Below, in pieces: positions 22,081 through 36,335 of a DNA stretch of 64,000 nucleotides. The notes beneath the pieces were generated by a model. The model was not told the origin of the DNA. It ran no database searches and was given only the letters and a program-made list of their open reading frames with translations. The translations under genes and the position numbers were made by a program. Within the stretch, counting starts at the first letter, position 1; each line of letters opens with the position of its first letter. This stretch comes from Bispira polyomma (taxonomy: Eukaryota), in contig OZ287757.1 in NCBI GenBank assembly GCA_965649765.1, forward strand, positions 52,824,001 through 52,888,000. The letters are read 5' to 3'.

Positions 22081-24714
22081 TCTCTTAACTTGTAGGTATC
22101 TCGCACATGTGCAAGTTGGGTTACACATGTGTTGTGAGAGTATTTTGCATTTATTGCGTATGAGTGGGTAGTAGCACCATAGCCCCTACCAGGTGACGTG
22201 TATTGCATAAAGTTAAGTTTTTTCTAAATTACCGCAATGGGCGTGAAGATCCACGCTTACTGAGAATTTCAGATGGAAATCATTGTAGGTACCATTCTAT
22301 CCAGGGATCTCTCTGCGTCCGACTAACCGCCATAGACGCACAAGCGTCGTTTTTCTAACTTGCCATAATGGGAGCCCGGCATTACTTAACTTTGTTAAAA
22401 GAACTCAGGAATTAGGACGGGTTGCTCTCTCTTTAAACTCCCCAAAGATGTTGAGAGAACTAATTAACAATGTATTTAGAAATCTATCTTTCTTAAATAT
22501 ATCAATAAATCCATTTTCTAATATAACGGTTTATTCCTTCCTATTCAAACATTTTTCAGACAAACTGCGCAGAAGGGAGAGGTTGCAACCCGCTCACATA
22601 GACTTTACAAGAACCAGCATATCGTAGGGTGGCTTGTGGTGGTCAAAAACATAAACTAGAATAATGTGTTACACAGTAACATAAATGTGTAGTTGTTTGT
22701 ACTAGCAAGGGAAAACTGTGTATACAACAAGAAAGAAGAACATATATTAGCATAAAAAACAATAATACTGGACAAAAAAACAAACAAATTACACAATAGC
22801 TTTTCTATAATTCACTGATTTATATATTTTTTAATAAATAACAATTTCTATTGAAAATTTCTTTCTTAAAATAAAGTTTAGAAACTAGCTTTTCTTCGTC
22901 ATTGATAGTTTTAATTTTTTTTTTATGTAATTCCACAAGCTATATTTGGCATAAAAAGGGTTAGGTGAAAAGTATAACTGAAGTAAGCAGATCTTTTTTC
23001 ACTTGTTTGTGAACACCACTGTACTTACTTAGATTATAGACTGGAAATTATAGACAGAAAATATATGTATAAGAATTTTCCTAACTTGGAAGTTTTTCGC
23101 TTTTTAATGAAATACTACTTATAATAAAAAAAAAGTGACAGGTGAAAAATATGCTAAAACTAGTTTGTAAATAAAGCTTGCTTTTTCATAACGCCAACTG
23201 GAAATCACTGCCTGAAAATCATTGCCACACTACAAACCATTATTTGCAGCCAATTTTGTAATACTCTGTAATGGGTGTCGGGCTGCTTAAGTGCAATTTA
23301 GGGCAATTTTGTCCAAGCTTCATGGAATTTCCCAGCCCACAAAAATGAAGGTAGAAAAAAAGTGTCTCAAAATTAGACATCAGCACTATAGCAGTGACAC
23401 CCTGTGAATAATCAGATATCCTGGATTTCTGGTTCCCATTGATTAAATTCTCAGTGGTTTAGCAGTTCACAAATTGTAAATGGTTGAGAGTGGTCACTAA
23501 TACAAGTTTTTGTGTATTCTAACTGATAGATTTCTGAATGTGTCCAGCTTACTAGAAGCAGCTTACTATGTGTTGTACACTTTTTGTATTGACTAATGTT
23601 CCATCAGACCAAGTCCTTCAACAATGCTTTAATTTACTGATGTACGCATGGCGAGCCATAAAGTTGTTTACTATAGCAAATTGTTGTAAATTGTACAAGG
23701 CAGCTTTCTGTATATCATACAATGGGAAATAAACGGCAATATTTCCAAATAAATATATTTAATTTATGAAGTACTTTTAGGCTGGTCATAAGTTACAATA
23801 ATGTGTACAGCTATATCACTAATCAACATACAATCACAGACTAAATAAAAAGATGATAGTGTTTATGTTTTATATGCCATTTCACATTAACAATGATTTG
23901 GGTATAGTAAAAAAAACTCAGTAAATCAAAGCATTGTCGATGAACAGAAAATATGTCTAATTTTCCATTTACTAAGGATATAAGGAGTTTTCTTGACCGA
24001 TTGTAAAATGAAGCAGCCGCCATGTTTGGGTGCATACTAAAACAAAGGTCTGAAAAACTTAGACAATAGACCAAAATGTGACAGTTTTGAGAATGAATTA
24101 AGGCTAACTTTTGACTGTGACTAATGTGTTTTGTAAACAGGATCTCAATCTCTGTACTAAATTGTTTTGAATACGTATGTTGTCAGACACCACTCCTCTG
24201 TTTGGTTTGGTCCAATGAAAACCAAGTGTGAATCACGCCCACTTACAGCAATACGTGCATACAGCCTGATAGGTTAACTTTCACTTTGCCTTTCTCTTTA
24301 GTCAGCATTATATAAGATTGCAGGACAACATTTGAATGTCACTTACATAACTGTCCTGTGACACAAAACAAGTGTAAGCTTTAAAAGGTTCATGTTGAGT
24401 TCATTGGTGAAAGCCGGGAAGAGGAAGAAATAATATTCACAAATCAAGAAATAACTAATCACAGAAAAAAACACTGCTACTGGATCTGCAGCTATAAGCA
24501 TTCAAACTGATATGTGTATTTAAATGGAGGATCAGTGTTCATTGAGGTAGTGGATTTTGTAGAAGACAAACGCAAATATTAGACTATTTGGGCAATAGTA
24601 TCAATTTGAAATTGAATATTACAATTTAAAGAAACAAACTTCAAAGTTAAGACAGCCTTTTAACATTGACCTTAATCTATTCGAAGTTTTGGGAAAAAAA
24701 AAAACAAAAAAAAC

Positions 24715-26090
24715 TAAGCAATCCAGAATTGAATATTTAGCTGTGATTTGATGCAAACATAGAACAGTGTTACTTTCAAAGGTTGTTTTATTTTTATTGG
24801 TGGTACTGGACACTTTGGATGCTGAAAAATGGAATCCGCAACTGATTATTTTAATTAATAACTTGAGTCGCTTGTAAATAAAATACTTGATACCATGATT
24901 AAAAAAAAATTTTTCTTTATGACCAGATTTCTGGCAACAGTCTAGCAAAATAGTTTTTACTGTGTTTTATTTAATTTAATTTGAGCATTTGTTCATTATT
25001 AGAAATGCACCCTTTGGAAGGGTGGAAGCCCTACAAGTATTGGACTTTCTGACAATCAAATAACCTTGAATATACATAAGTAGATTTTCTTGGACACAAA
25101 ACCTCCAGAATTGATTAATTTCTATGCCATATTTTATTTCAAAGGATCCATTATCTTTGGAGAGGCTTTTGGAATGAACTTTGAAGACGTGGAAACTCTT
25201 AAATGGAATTGATTTTAATGGAACCAATAAAAGTTTTAAATGCTTTTGTAAAAGACATATGGATGGAACTACAAGTTTTTTTTGACTTGATGCCAGTTAT
25301 ATTCTATAATCTTTATTAAACATACTTACACTTTTTGGATGATGACACAAACATCCAGAATTGATTATTACTTACTTTATGCCCAGATTGGAGGGGTGGA
25401 AGCCCGACAAGTTGTTGGACTCTATGATTATTACTTTCTTTATGACCAGATTTCTGGCAACTGTCTGGCGAAATATAATGTCTGTGTTATATTTTATTTT
25501 AAATGGTCTGTTCTCAGAAATGCACTCTTTGGAGAGGTGGAAACCCTAAATTGGAAATGATGTTAATGGCACCAATAATAAAACTTTCAAATGTTTTTGC
25601 AAAAGAAATATGGATGGAACTGCAAGCTATTGGACTTTATTGCAGTTATATTATATAACCAGTACTGAACCTAATTAGACTTTTTGGATGATTAACAAAC
25701 ATCCAGAATTGATTAGTACTTTCTTTATGACCATATCTGTAAAAATTTAATTCCTGTGCTGTATTTTAGTTCAGATGGTCTGTTATAAGAAATGCACTCT
25801 GGAGAGGTGGAAACCTAAATTGGAATTTTTTTAAAAAATATAATGGAAACCGATAAAGGTTTGAAGAGGTGAAAGCCCTTAATCGGAAATGGTTTCAATG
25901 GCACCAATAAAGGTTTAAAGGGGTGAAAGCCCTCAGTTGGTAATGGTTTTAATGTAACCAATAAAGGTTTCAAATGTTTTTGAAAAATAAGTATAGAAGG
26001 AACTTAACGTTTTTGGACTTTATCACAGTCATATAACTTTTACTATACATAATTAGACTTTTTGGATGATGATACAAACATCCAGAATTG
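24715..26090. repeat. Degenerate tandem repeat, units of about 350-380 bp with sub-repeats
   Basis: Recurring aaacatccagaattgatt, tgaccagatttctggcaac, aaatgcactctttggagaggtggaaacc and atggcaccaataa motifs. Confidence 0.7.
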
Positions 26091-29000
26091 ATTTATACAA
26101 TGTGAAAGAAATAATGTGAAATATGCTGTTTTTATTTGAAGACAGAAATGAATAACATTTAAAAGAGTGGAGTGTATGTTAAATAGGACAATAATAAACA
26201 ACAGTTACTGTTGGAAACAATGGGAGCCCAAACATTTCAAAGTGAAGGTGCTTTGGAAAGAATCCACATCGAAGCTCAAATATGGATACAGCCAAAGCCA
26301 TCTCAATGAAATGAGCTCTGTGCGACTATCTTTCTTTTAATGGTCACGTAGCCTTATGGCACCGATTTTGGTTTGATTTGAGAAGCTGGAGAACATTATC
26401 CAGAGGCTCATAGACCATTGAGGAGGATGCCATTCATATGGCCAAAGCATGTCATAGGTATAGATCTGTAGTGTATCAAGAAACAGTCCCATGGTAAAGG
26501 TAAGCTGTATTAAATACTCATCTACACTATGACACTGGTAGGACAGCTATCAGTTAATGGGGCAGTTGATTAAATCAATGGGAGTAACAGTGGGGACCTT
26601 CTGATCACCAGATCAACTCCCAAACCACTAGGCCATGGCTGACCGTCTATTTAACAAGTTGACTGAAGCTTTGATTTCCCACTGCCACGCCCCTAAATAC
26701 AAATAAACTTAAAAAGAATACCAACCTCACTAAGAAGTAGATTACGAATGTTGTTGGGATTTTTGACTGTTCCATTATCAGGACCAATATGTGCTACTGG
26801 GTCATTGCTGAATAAACAACTTTCTAGGTACAATCCTCTCAGGTTTTCTCTTGTTTCTGTGTCAGACACAACACTGGTTGTTGTATTGTATAATCATATA
26901 GGTTTATTCTTACTCTTGTTATTATTCAAGTAGCATTTTCCAAGAAATATTAACAAATAAATAAAAATGAGCAGATTTGAGTCATTGTTCACAGGTATAC
27001 CAAAAAAGATTTTACAGATTGTAAAGTTAAATGTAAGTTTAAATTTCGACCAATCCAATTAATTTTAAAATATCCAGTACAGATTGTTTATTCCAACCTG
27101 TCAACTTGATAAACTACTTTGGGTGGACTTTGAACCACACAGAGGCAAAAACATCTACTTCTACAGTAGTAGTATATACACAAATATACATGCATATAAA
27201 AAAAATACTTGGATAATTACAGATATCACAGTTCTGTTAGAATCACGAGTCCAATAAAGCCTGCTTGTAGAAAGTATTTTAGGTATGGTTTATTAAGATA
27301 AAACACCATGTTCAAGGCTCAAGGTAGCAACAGTAGTTGTTTATACAATTAATGATCATTCACATTCATACACATTCGAGCACAGTTATGTTAGAGTAAT
27401 CTCACTGGATATCAAGCTCTTATTCTTAGAATTTTTCTTATTCTTAATCCCTTTCTCTAAAAATAAATTTTTTTAGCATTCACTAAAGTTCTATTCTCAG
27501 AAATTTGTCTTATTCTAAGAATGGTCAAAATGTTACTTGACTTAAAAAAAATTTGATTTATTTATGAACTTTTATGAACGATTTAGGTTTCCTAAAAAGA
27601 TGGATTTGGATATTTGTGTCACTTTCACCAAGAAAATATGGGACTTAAACTTTAGCATATACACTTAGGTTTTGCTATGATAATACTTAAGTTGGTATTC
27701 TCGAAAAAAAAAAGAAATCAAGTAAATACTTAAGTATATGATGCTACTCAATTTTTCACAACACTTCCTGGTTGTGTTTCTTCAATAAGAGGCACATAAA
27801 AATAATATACCCGGTATACGAGTACACGTATGCATAGTACATAGTATGGGAATCAAGAAAAACAGGTCAAGTATATGCCTATGGATATATCCTCATTTCT
27901 GCCAGTGTGTGCAGCTTTATAAAGATCATTACCTGCCCCCCTCACATAGATTCTACATTGTCATTTATCAATTAATTGAAAATATTTTGGAATGCCACTT
28001 CTTTGTAGTGAAACACATAAGGTGTATATGTCTGGACAAAAGTTGAAAGGTCTTTCTCCCTTTTATTCAGCACAAATTGAAATGCTCTTAACCACAACAT
28101 ACACACTAGCCTTCTGCTTGGCTCTAATGAGTGACATTTAAGTTAATAATTGTAGGTTTGCTGCATCATTAAACACATTCCATGCTATCCAGTTGTGAGT
28201 GTTTCATTGGTTCATTGTTTTGATGAATGCATTATAACTTACTTAAATGTATACAATATGATTGCTGGGCTGCTGTTAATGTTTTTGTCCACTTCTTGAA
28301 ATAAGTCAATCTATATACCCAATCAAATATAAGGGGTTTATAGTATCTTCCCTGATCTCATGCAATCAACCTTCTGAATTAAATTATGTTATGTGTGGCT
28401 TGTTAATTTATGATATTTTTATGAAACGAGAATGTAGAATGTAATATGTAGAATATAATGATGTAAAATAATATTGTAAAGTTGATCAAATAAAAAAAAA
28501 AAAATAATAATTCTCAATCCTCAACCTCTAGTGGATTACTATAATCCCATACAACACGATTAAGGGGCAAAAACTCTTTTTTCCATATAAAATAGCATGG
28601 TGTATTCTCCTCACCGCCATGCTTAAATCAGACAAACCCTTACTCAAACATTTAGGGCAAAACTTAAGTATTGCCAGCAATACTTAAGTATATGTGTGTA
28701 TAGTTAAGATTTGAATTTTCAAGGATACCAAATGCTTAAGTTTTACTGTCATGGTAATTCAGTTAACTATGTAATTAGCTTAGCTAATTATTCGCTATAT
28801 TTACAGAAAATTTACAGTGTATTGTAAACAGTAGTCAGAGGATTATTCTAAGAATTAATACTTGGCTAAGATTTGCCTTGTGAATGCGATTTTACTCTTA
28901 GAATAAGACAATTCTTATGTGAGTAAATTTTCTAAGTTTAACAAAAAATCTTATTCTAAGAGTAAGAAAGTTAGTGAATACGGCCCCTTGGCACCGTTCA

Positions 29001-32000
29001 ATTTACATTCAAAAAGTCCAGAAAAAGACAACAATTCAGAGGGGCTAAAATATTGTATTTACAGATATATGCTATCAGTTTAATGTCACACATATATTAA
29101 TTTTAAAGTTCAGATGTGCAATTCAAGCTCCAGATTTAGTCACCAGTTTAATATTCAAGTGCTACTCGACCAAAGTCCACAATTTATAGGCTCAAAGATT
29201 CTTTTTATACTGCGGTTTTGATTTTGGTCAAAAGTGACAGTGAACAAGACAAGCAGCTACTCACTTTGTATAGGGTTTAAAATATAGGTCATTGACTACA
29301 TATTATTGATAACATGAGTACTATGTATATACATATATTTAGATGTCACAATCAAAAATATAATCCAGGTGGATTTTATATCCGTCTAGGTAAAATTTTA
29401 ATTTTAATCTCGCTTAAGCAGATTTAAAATCTGCCTTGGCAAGACTGAAATTTTGATTTTAAAAATATGCCTAGGCGAAATCAAATTTTGAAATTACCTA
29501 GGTAAAAAATGTTCTACAGTTCATCTTTATCAACCAGAGAATTAAAGTTGATCTAATGAAAGTTTCAGATTGACATGTGGGTCTCACAAATCACAAACCA
29601 AATCACAGCCATCTACTACCACAAATAAAGAAATATTACGTTGAGAATAATAATACCATTAAGCTAGTTAAGAACATAGGGTTTTAAAATTCTACTAGAT
29701 GAACTTAGGAAACTTAGGCGTAATCTTAATTTCAATCTGCCTCAGCAAGATTAGAATTTTGATTTCGTGTAGGGAAAACAAAGAAATTAATTTAGATTAA
29801 AATGCTGGATTCTAATTAGGCCTGTGACATATACACATAAGTAAATTGAACCTCCATAGAGTCACCAGACTGAGCCAAAATGTTGACTACAAATGATCAT
29901 TTTACTGTTCATATGTAGTTTAACATAACATAGTATAAACAAGTGAGAGTTGGGATTTTCTGTTAGTACTAATAACATGCAACTTTGAACGAGTTTTCCA
30001 CATACATATCTTATTTTAATTGAAATGTTGTGTAGTGTTAAAATCTAAAAATACAATGCCACCAATCCCAGAATATGCCAGTACACATTCATTAATATTT
30101 AGCATAATGCAATTGCTGCATCCATGTCAATATATAACCTATAATTTTTGTTTTGGTATCACCAAAAAGCTCATCTTTTGAGCTTTTCAACAGTTCGAGA
30201 CATTTAAAATAAAACGTGGTGAAAAAAATTTAAAAAAAATTGGTATAAATATACATTGATTAGTTAACAAAATACGAATGTGTTATGGTAGTGCTGACTT
30301 ATGTTTCTTAACAATTGTATAGTTTCTGTACCCAAACTATAATTTAAAAAAATAAGACTTGTTTTATTATATATAGAATGGCTTTTTATATGTTTTGACA
30401 ATCCGCATGGACTAAGAGCTACATTTTGTTTGAAGAGGTTCATCAAATGGAAGAGGCACCATAGTATTAAACAATAGATGAATACATGAATATGGGAGAG
30501 TGAAAATGATTTGGAAATGTTTGGACAGTTGAATTTCAGATAACAGAAGTTCTACTAGATTGCATAGTTAATCATTGTCAGTGTAAATAATACACACACA
30601 CACAGGTTGTCACAATTCCTTGCAACACTGACAACCAGGAGGGAAATAAACAGATTTATCGGTATATATGTAACATATAAACATATTGTTTTAAGAAGAT
30701 AATGAAATATATTTGCCTGATATATCACATTATCTTCTTGAAATCAGATATGTGTTAGATCATCTATTAAATAGAACATCGGACTCTCAAAATTTGTTGT
30801 GTGTCCTATTTATATGGTTAACCCTTTGGGGACTATGGTTGTCTTCTGTGAATACTGAATCGGACAAGGACACAGGTAAATACGGATAGGTCTTTGTGCC
30901 CATTAACTCTGCATTATGAATTCAAATCTTAGCTCTACCGTAGCATGCTAGACCAATCCATTTCGTTCTTGTTGGATTTCCCTCTACCAACATTGATTTC
31001 CGAGTCGGAAAAGCACTAACCTGCCCATATCCATTAATGGACATGTACTGGCCAACCCGGGCCATCTTTCTAAATTTACATTGACTTTGTACCGATTTAA
31101 TTTGTTAAGAGTTTCACCTGGTGATCAGAGGGTCTCTGGTTTAAGTCCCAATATTTCCTTGTGTGGTCTGACATGGTCTAGTATTTAAAGGGTCAACATA
31201 GTACTTAGAGGGTCCCTGCTTCAAGTCTCATTATATCCATGTGTGGTATTTTATGAGCTAGTGGTTAAGTGGTGATCAGAGGGTATCTGATTCAACTCCC
31301 AATATTTATTATAGTACCACAAATGTCGACACTTCCCGAAACCAATACTCTCAGAACAAACCACTGTTATCGAGTCACTTCGTAAGATATATATATATGT
31401 CTGTAGCGCCACATTCAATGGATAGGCTTCCTCTGTGGCACATGTATGTTAGACACTTCTAAATTATACTTCTGGTTTTAGTAACAGGTGTTTAAATGAT
31501 GCAATCAAATTCTAATTAATGAGGTTATTCATTTTTTTAATTCTACTATTGTAAGTTAATTTTCTTTTCATATTTTTAGAACAGTGTGTTCATCTCTTGT
31601 TGCCACAGGAACGGAAACTCCGAAGTGTTTGATGAAGAGTATCAGACAATAGCATGAGAGTACCTGCAACTGTTTCCCACAGAAATGTATACCACTAACG
31701 AGCTGGAAGCAAGCCATTAGTGTCCAAGGTCGGTTTAACAGTACACATAATACTTATTACAGTTGTACTACAGTTTAGCATGCATCAAAAGCTACCAAAA
31801 TTCTAAAAGTGGCTGCGATTTCTTGACTTGACTCTTAGTTTTAGCACTGTGTCAGTTTCTTCTGTGTGTAAACGAAAATTTCCTTAATTTCCTTGATATA
31901 ATTCCTGCAGAATATTACAGTAGGTTTTCAATTGTCTGAACCATCAACTGTGATGGTTTTTGTATCGAGATAATTAACTGAGTAAGTAAATATGGAAGGA

Positions 32001-33098
32001 GCTTACCAGCAGTTGTTTTACCCAATAGCTATTACCCTTTAGCAATTACAAGATGTACTACAAGTCATAATTATATTTTTAGGCTACAAATTTCTCAGAC
32101 CAAACTTGGGCCAGGAGATAAGACATATTTTATTGAGACAATAATAACAAAATAACAATTTATTTAACACTACATATTTGGCAGGATATTGAACGTTTCC
32201 AACTGATCAACTCATTTACCAGTTGTTTGTAGGGGACAGAGGCCGGCTCTTGGCTTGACTAATATGGAAGGAGCTTAGTAGGGCTTGCTTTACCAAATAT
32301 GAAATAGCTTATAAGGTGTACTGCTGAGTCATGATTATATTTATAGATGACAAATTTCTCTACTCTATGCTGACTTTACAGAAAGGCAATTCTGGTTGGC
32401 CCTAGGTTTATTAATTTAAACTGATGTGATATAAACTGATGTAAAGTTGTGTTCATAATGTATGTTGTCCAATGCCAGACGGGAATTACTTACTTACTTC
32501 AGGGACAAACTAAAATATCTCTCTGGCCACCAATTACCTTAGCCATGTGTCTCCATTGGTTCAATATTTTCCTGTATAAAAGGCAATCTCGTATTAAATA
32601 ACAGTACCTCAGAGGGTGTTTATTAATTGGGACAGGTTAATAAATTTACAAATTAATCTATCATAAAATCAAGCCTAGACAGTAGAGAGATACTATATTT
32701 CCTATTTGCACAGAAGTAGTATTGATTGTTGTGTATGCACTATGTGTCATGTAACAGAATTTATGAGTTTTATATGTTTTACAAATGTCTGAACACAATA
32801 TAAATCAACAGCGTTAAATCCCATACAAAAATATAAGCCCTGTTTGAGGCTGGTCAACAGCCAGATTATTTTTTTCACTATGAATGGTTATTAATATGTT
32901 GCATATCAATTACATCAATAAATACACCCACCCACTGCATTCAATCACCCCCCCCCCCCCATTTAATTGATTACCAATCTAATTAGCTCCACTATATAAA
33001 GTCATTATTACTTCAAAGAAATGGAACCACAGCTGAAATATGTAATCAACAATGGTGACAGATGACAAACTACATGAAATCATATCATTGTGTTTCAG

Positions 33099-33197
33099 CA
33101 TCATGACAGAACTGTTAGTTGCCACAAGCAAGGGGGATTTACAGCTCGTCAAGCAGCTGCTCAAAACATGTGCTATAGACTCTAAAGATCAATATAG
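33099..33197 (+). CDS. Single ankyrin-repeat exon (99 bp) of an unidentified host gene
   Basis: Acceptor tgtttcag|, donor ag|gtaagt, exactly 99 nt, symmetric phase 2; IMTELLVATSKGDLQLVKQLLKTCAIDSKDQY fits the ankyrin L..A...G....VK.LL..GA.I...D pattern. Confidence 0.65.
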
Positions 33198-35819
33198 GTA
33201 AGTTGATACATTATCATACGCAGGGAAGCCACCGGGAAGCCTGTCACACATGTCCAATATATCCTTTCCACTGTTGCTGGCATTTATAAATCTGTGTTTG
33301 TAGAATAGTACTCTGCTATGCCTTATTCCTTTTAAAAATGATATTTGCATAAACTCCTAGTTCTCGAAATTGATATTAACCTTCATTAAGGATCCTAGGT
33401 TTTGCCAAAGCTTGTATCTTTGCTTGTGACTATGATTATACCAAAACAACACTGAAGCAGTTTTTATGGACTCTTATGGAGATTGCATATTAGCCAAGGA
33501 TGATCCACTTAAATTGTGTAGATCTGTGTAGAAGAGAGGATCCAGGAATTCTTTCAAAATTTTGGCATTGGCAGCTCGGTCGATTTATGAGCTCTGTTCA
33601 GCAACTTTCTATTGAATTGCTTCAATTTGATAAAATTTTTAGTGGTTTCCTCAATATTCATTTAACATGGCTTCCACATGTCTTATGTGCTGTCACAAGG
33701 GCAGTTCACAGGTGGAAGTTAGTCAAGGTTTTCGCTTTGTAAACCACCAGTCTTTGGCCAGTAATGCAAACTTTTTGATATGCATGCCATGGCCAAGATT
33801 CAAACCCACGACTGCACAGATGGGAGTCAAATAAAAAAGTGGACCCTTAAAAAATACATAAAGTATGACATATATATGTTGCATACAGTAAATTTGTGTA
33901 GTCATTTAGTCTGTGTAATCACTAATATTTTTAGTAAATATGCATAATCAATAGGTTTTAGTTCCAGCAATTTCGTGTAAAGACTCACTGAGCTTAAGGG
34001 GTTAGCAACATAAACAGAAAAAAACACGCTGGTGTAAAGTATGCTACTATAGGAATGATCATTTGTATTCTGTATATCAACTATGATGACTTTAAAACTA
34101 TACTTTAGTAAGGTTTTCAACTATTTTTATGTTCTCATGCAATTTAAAACTTTGCTATAAAACTATAAAAGCACCCATATAACAAATCTTGTATTGGGAG
34201 GTCACACAATTTGAAACCTATGGTGGAACTTCATATTTGTAAACAAGTCTTATAGAGAAGGCTTTCTACTGATACATATATGAATACATGATGACACTAC
34301 CCTACATTAGAAAACGTGTATATTATTTTTCAGTGATTTACTTTTTTGAATATCTTTTCTTATTTTATAATAACGAAGAATATGATAGACATTTATGTTT
34401 GACAAGAAAGTAATTTAAATGGTTTTATAAATAATCTTTGTTGTGTGTTTACTTAAAAAACTAAATCATACAAAATGTCACTGAAGTATTGCTTTTTCTA
34501 GTGATGTATAATATTTCAGTATTGATTCCCCCTTTGTGTGGGAATTGTTTCAGGTTTGTAAAGCATGTCCTTTGAAAAATATTAAACATTTTTGATACAA
34601 TTTTATACAGTTACATGTATTATATGTGATAAAATACCTTATTAAGATGTCACTTGAAATGTATTAATCAGCACACAATTAAATTAATGTAAATATATTG
34701 TCCATAACTTGAATTTAAGGTCACTAAAGTGAAGTAGTACAAGTTCAAAGAAGCTCTGAATATTATTTATCGGCAATTTGTTTATGTGTTTGCGTTACTT
34801 ATCCCTTAGAGCTTTTGCAGATAAGGTCTATATGTTAAATTTTAAATATTAGTTTGGTACTGGCTGAATGACATTTTTGTGTTATAGAAATATATAGGTT
34901 TTGGCCCAAACTTTTTGCAGAGGACAAGGGCATAGGCCCAGCTTAAAATCAAATTAGGTCTTCGTAAATCAAAATATGAAATCATATCCAGCTAAAAAGC
35001 CATCTATAAAGTATAAAGTACTTATAACACTAGAGCGATTATTGTGCCGCCAATAATGGCCTTTTTAATTTATCGATTGATGCCGATTAGCAACAGAGCG
35101 GCTACAATAAGCAAAACGGTGTAAATCAAAATTGGGAAATATGGGGATAGAATCTGGTAAAAATAAATACATCCCCTCATTCCTTATCTATAATATAGTA
35201 GCTGATTTTCTGTTATTAGATGTTGTATAATCAGTTGAATGTTACTGTGTGGCTAGCTCTTAGGTAAGTTGGAGAGAGAAAAAAAATGTATGAACGCAGA
35301 GAAATATAAAACGAGCAGATCTCTTTGAGGAAACAGTTTTGTATCAGTGATAGAACTTGCCACTGCCTTTGTGCAATCTTTCTCTGTGATGTTTAATGTA
35401 TGCAAGAAGTCCGCCAAACAAAAGGTAGAATATGTAGGCATCTTATCGATACATTTTGAAATTTTGGCCCAGTTTACGCCTGTGGACAAGTCTTTTGCGG
35501 AATGTATAACTTATGTATAAAACACCAAAGATAAAGTATGACTCTTCCATCTTCGTGACACGTAAACCCACCCCATCGATCGTTTAAAATGCGCAAAAAA
35601 GCACTTATTTGCATTTTTTATTCCTTATTCCTTTGTTCCTTTCACTTATTTAAATAAATGTTGCATTTTCAGGAACTTTGTCTGATGACATTGACATTTG
35701 AAAAAAAAATAAAATGTTGCAACTGTAACCTCTCCATTTGTTATGTCTGAGAAGTTTATATCAGTATACAAATGTAAATGAAATCCACCAAGCACGTTTT
35801 GTGTTACAGTGTGAAAATA

Positions 35820-36335
35820 ATCAAACATGTCGAAACTTTAAACTCATTATAAGACTTTTAATGTTATGAGTTTAAGATCACCATACAATAAGGTTCCTCC
35901 TCAGGTCCATATACATCTGTGTGCCTAATATGAATGAAATCCATCCAGCAATTTTGGAGTCAGAGACCAGAATGATTGAAACATGCTGTAACCTTAAAGT
36001 CGTCATAAAATTTTGACTCTTATGAGTTTAAGTCCAACATACATTCGGGTTCCTCCTCAGGTCCATATATATCTGTGTCCCAAATATGAATAAACTCCAT
36101 CAAGCAGTTTTGGAGTTAGAGTCCGGAATGACTGAAACAAGCTGTAACCTTAAAGTCATCATAAAATTTTAATTCTTAGGAGTTTAAGATGACCATACAG
36201 CAGGTTTCCTCCTGAGCTCCATATACATCAAATATGAATGAAATCCATCAACAGGGTTTTCAAGTTAAAGTCTGGAAACGACACTGACAACGGACAAAGC
36301 AATCCCTATGTGTCCGCTAGAGCAGGCAACACAAA
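35820..36335 (+). mobile_element. Helentron-associated (HINE/DINE-like) element with 3 internal tandem units of about 155 bp
   Basis: Repeated gagtttaag...ttcctcctcaggtccatat...aatatgaatgaaatccatc units ending in acggacaaagcaatccctatgtgtccgc...gcaggcaacacaaa, a hairpin-type 3' end. Confidence 0.55.

Noticed and set aside
24976-25550. Leucine-rich-repeat remnants (STLPKGAFL, STSPKSAFL on minus)
   Set aside because: Only short matches inside a degenerate DNA repeat; no LxxLxLxxN periodicity and many stops.
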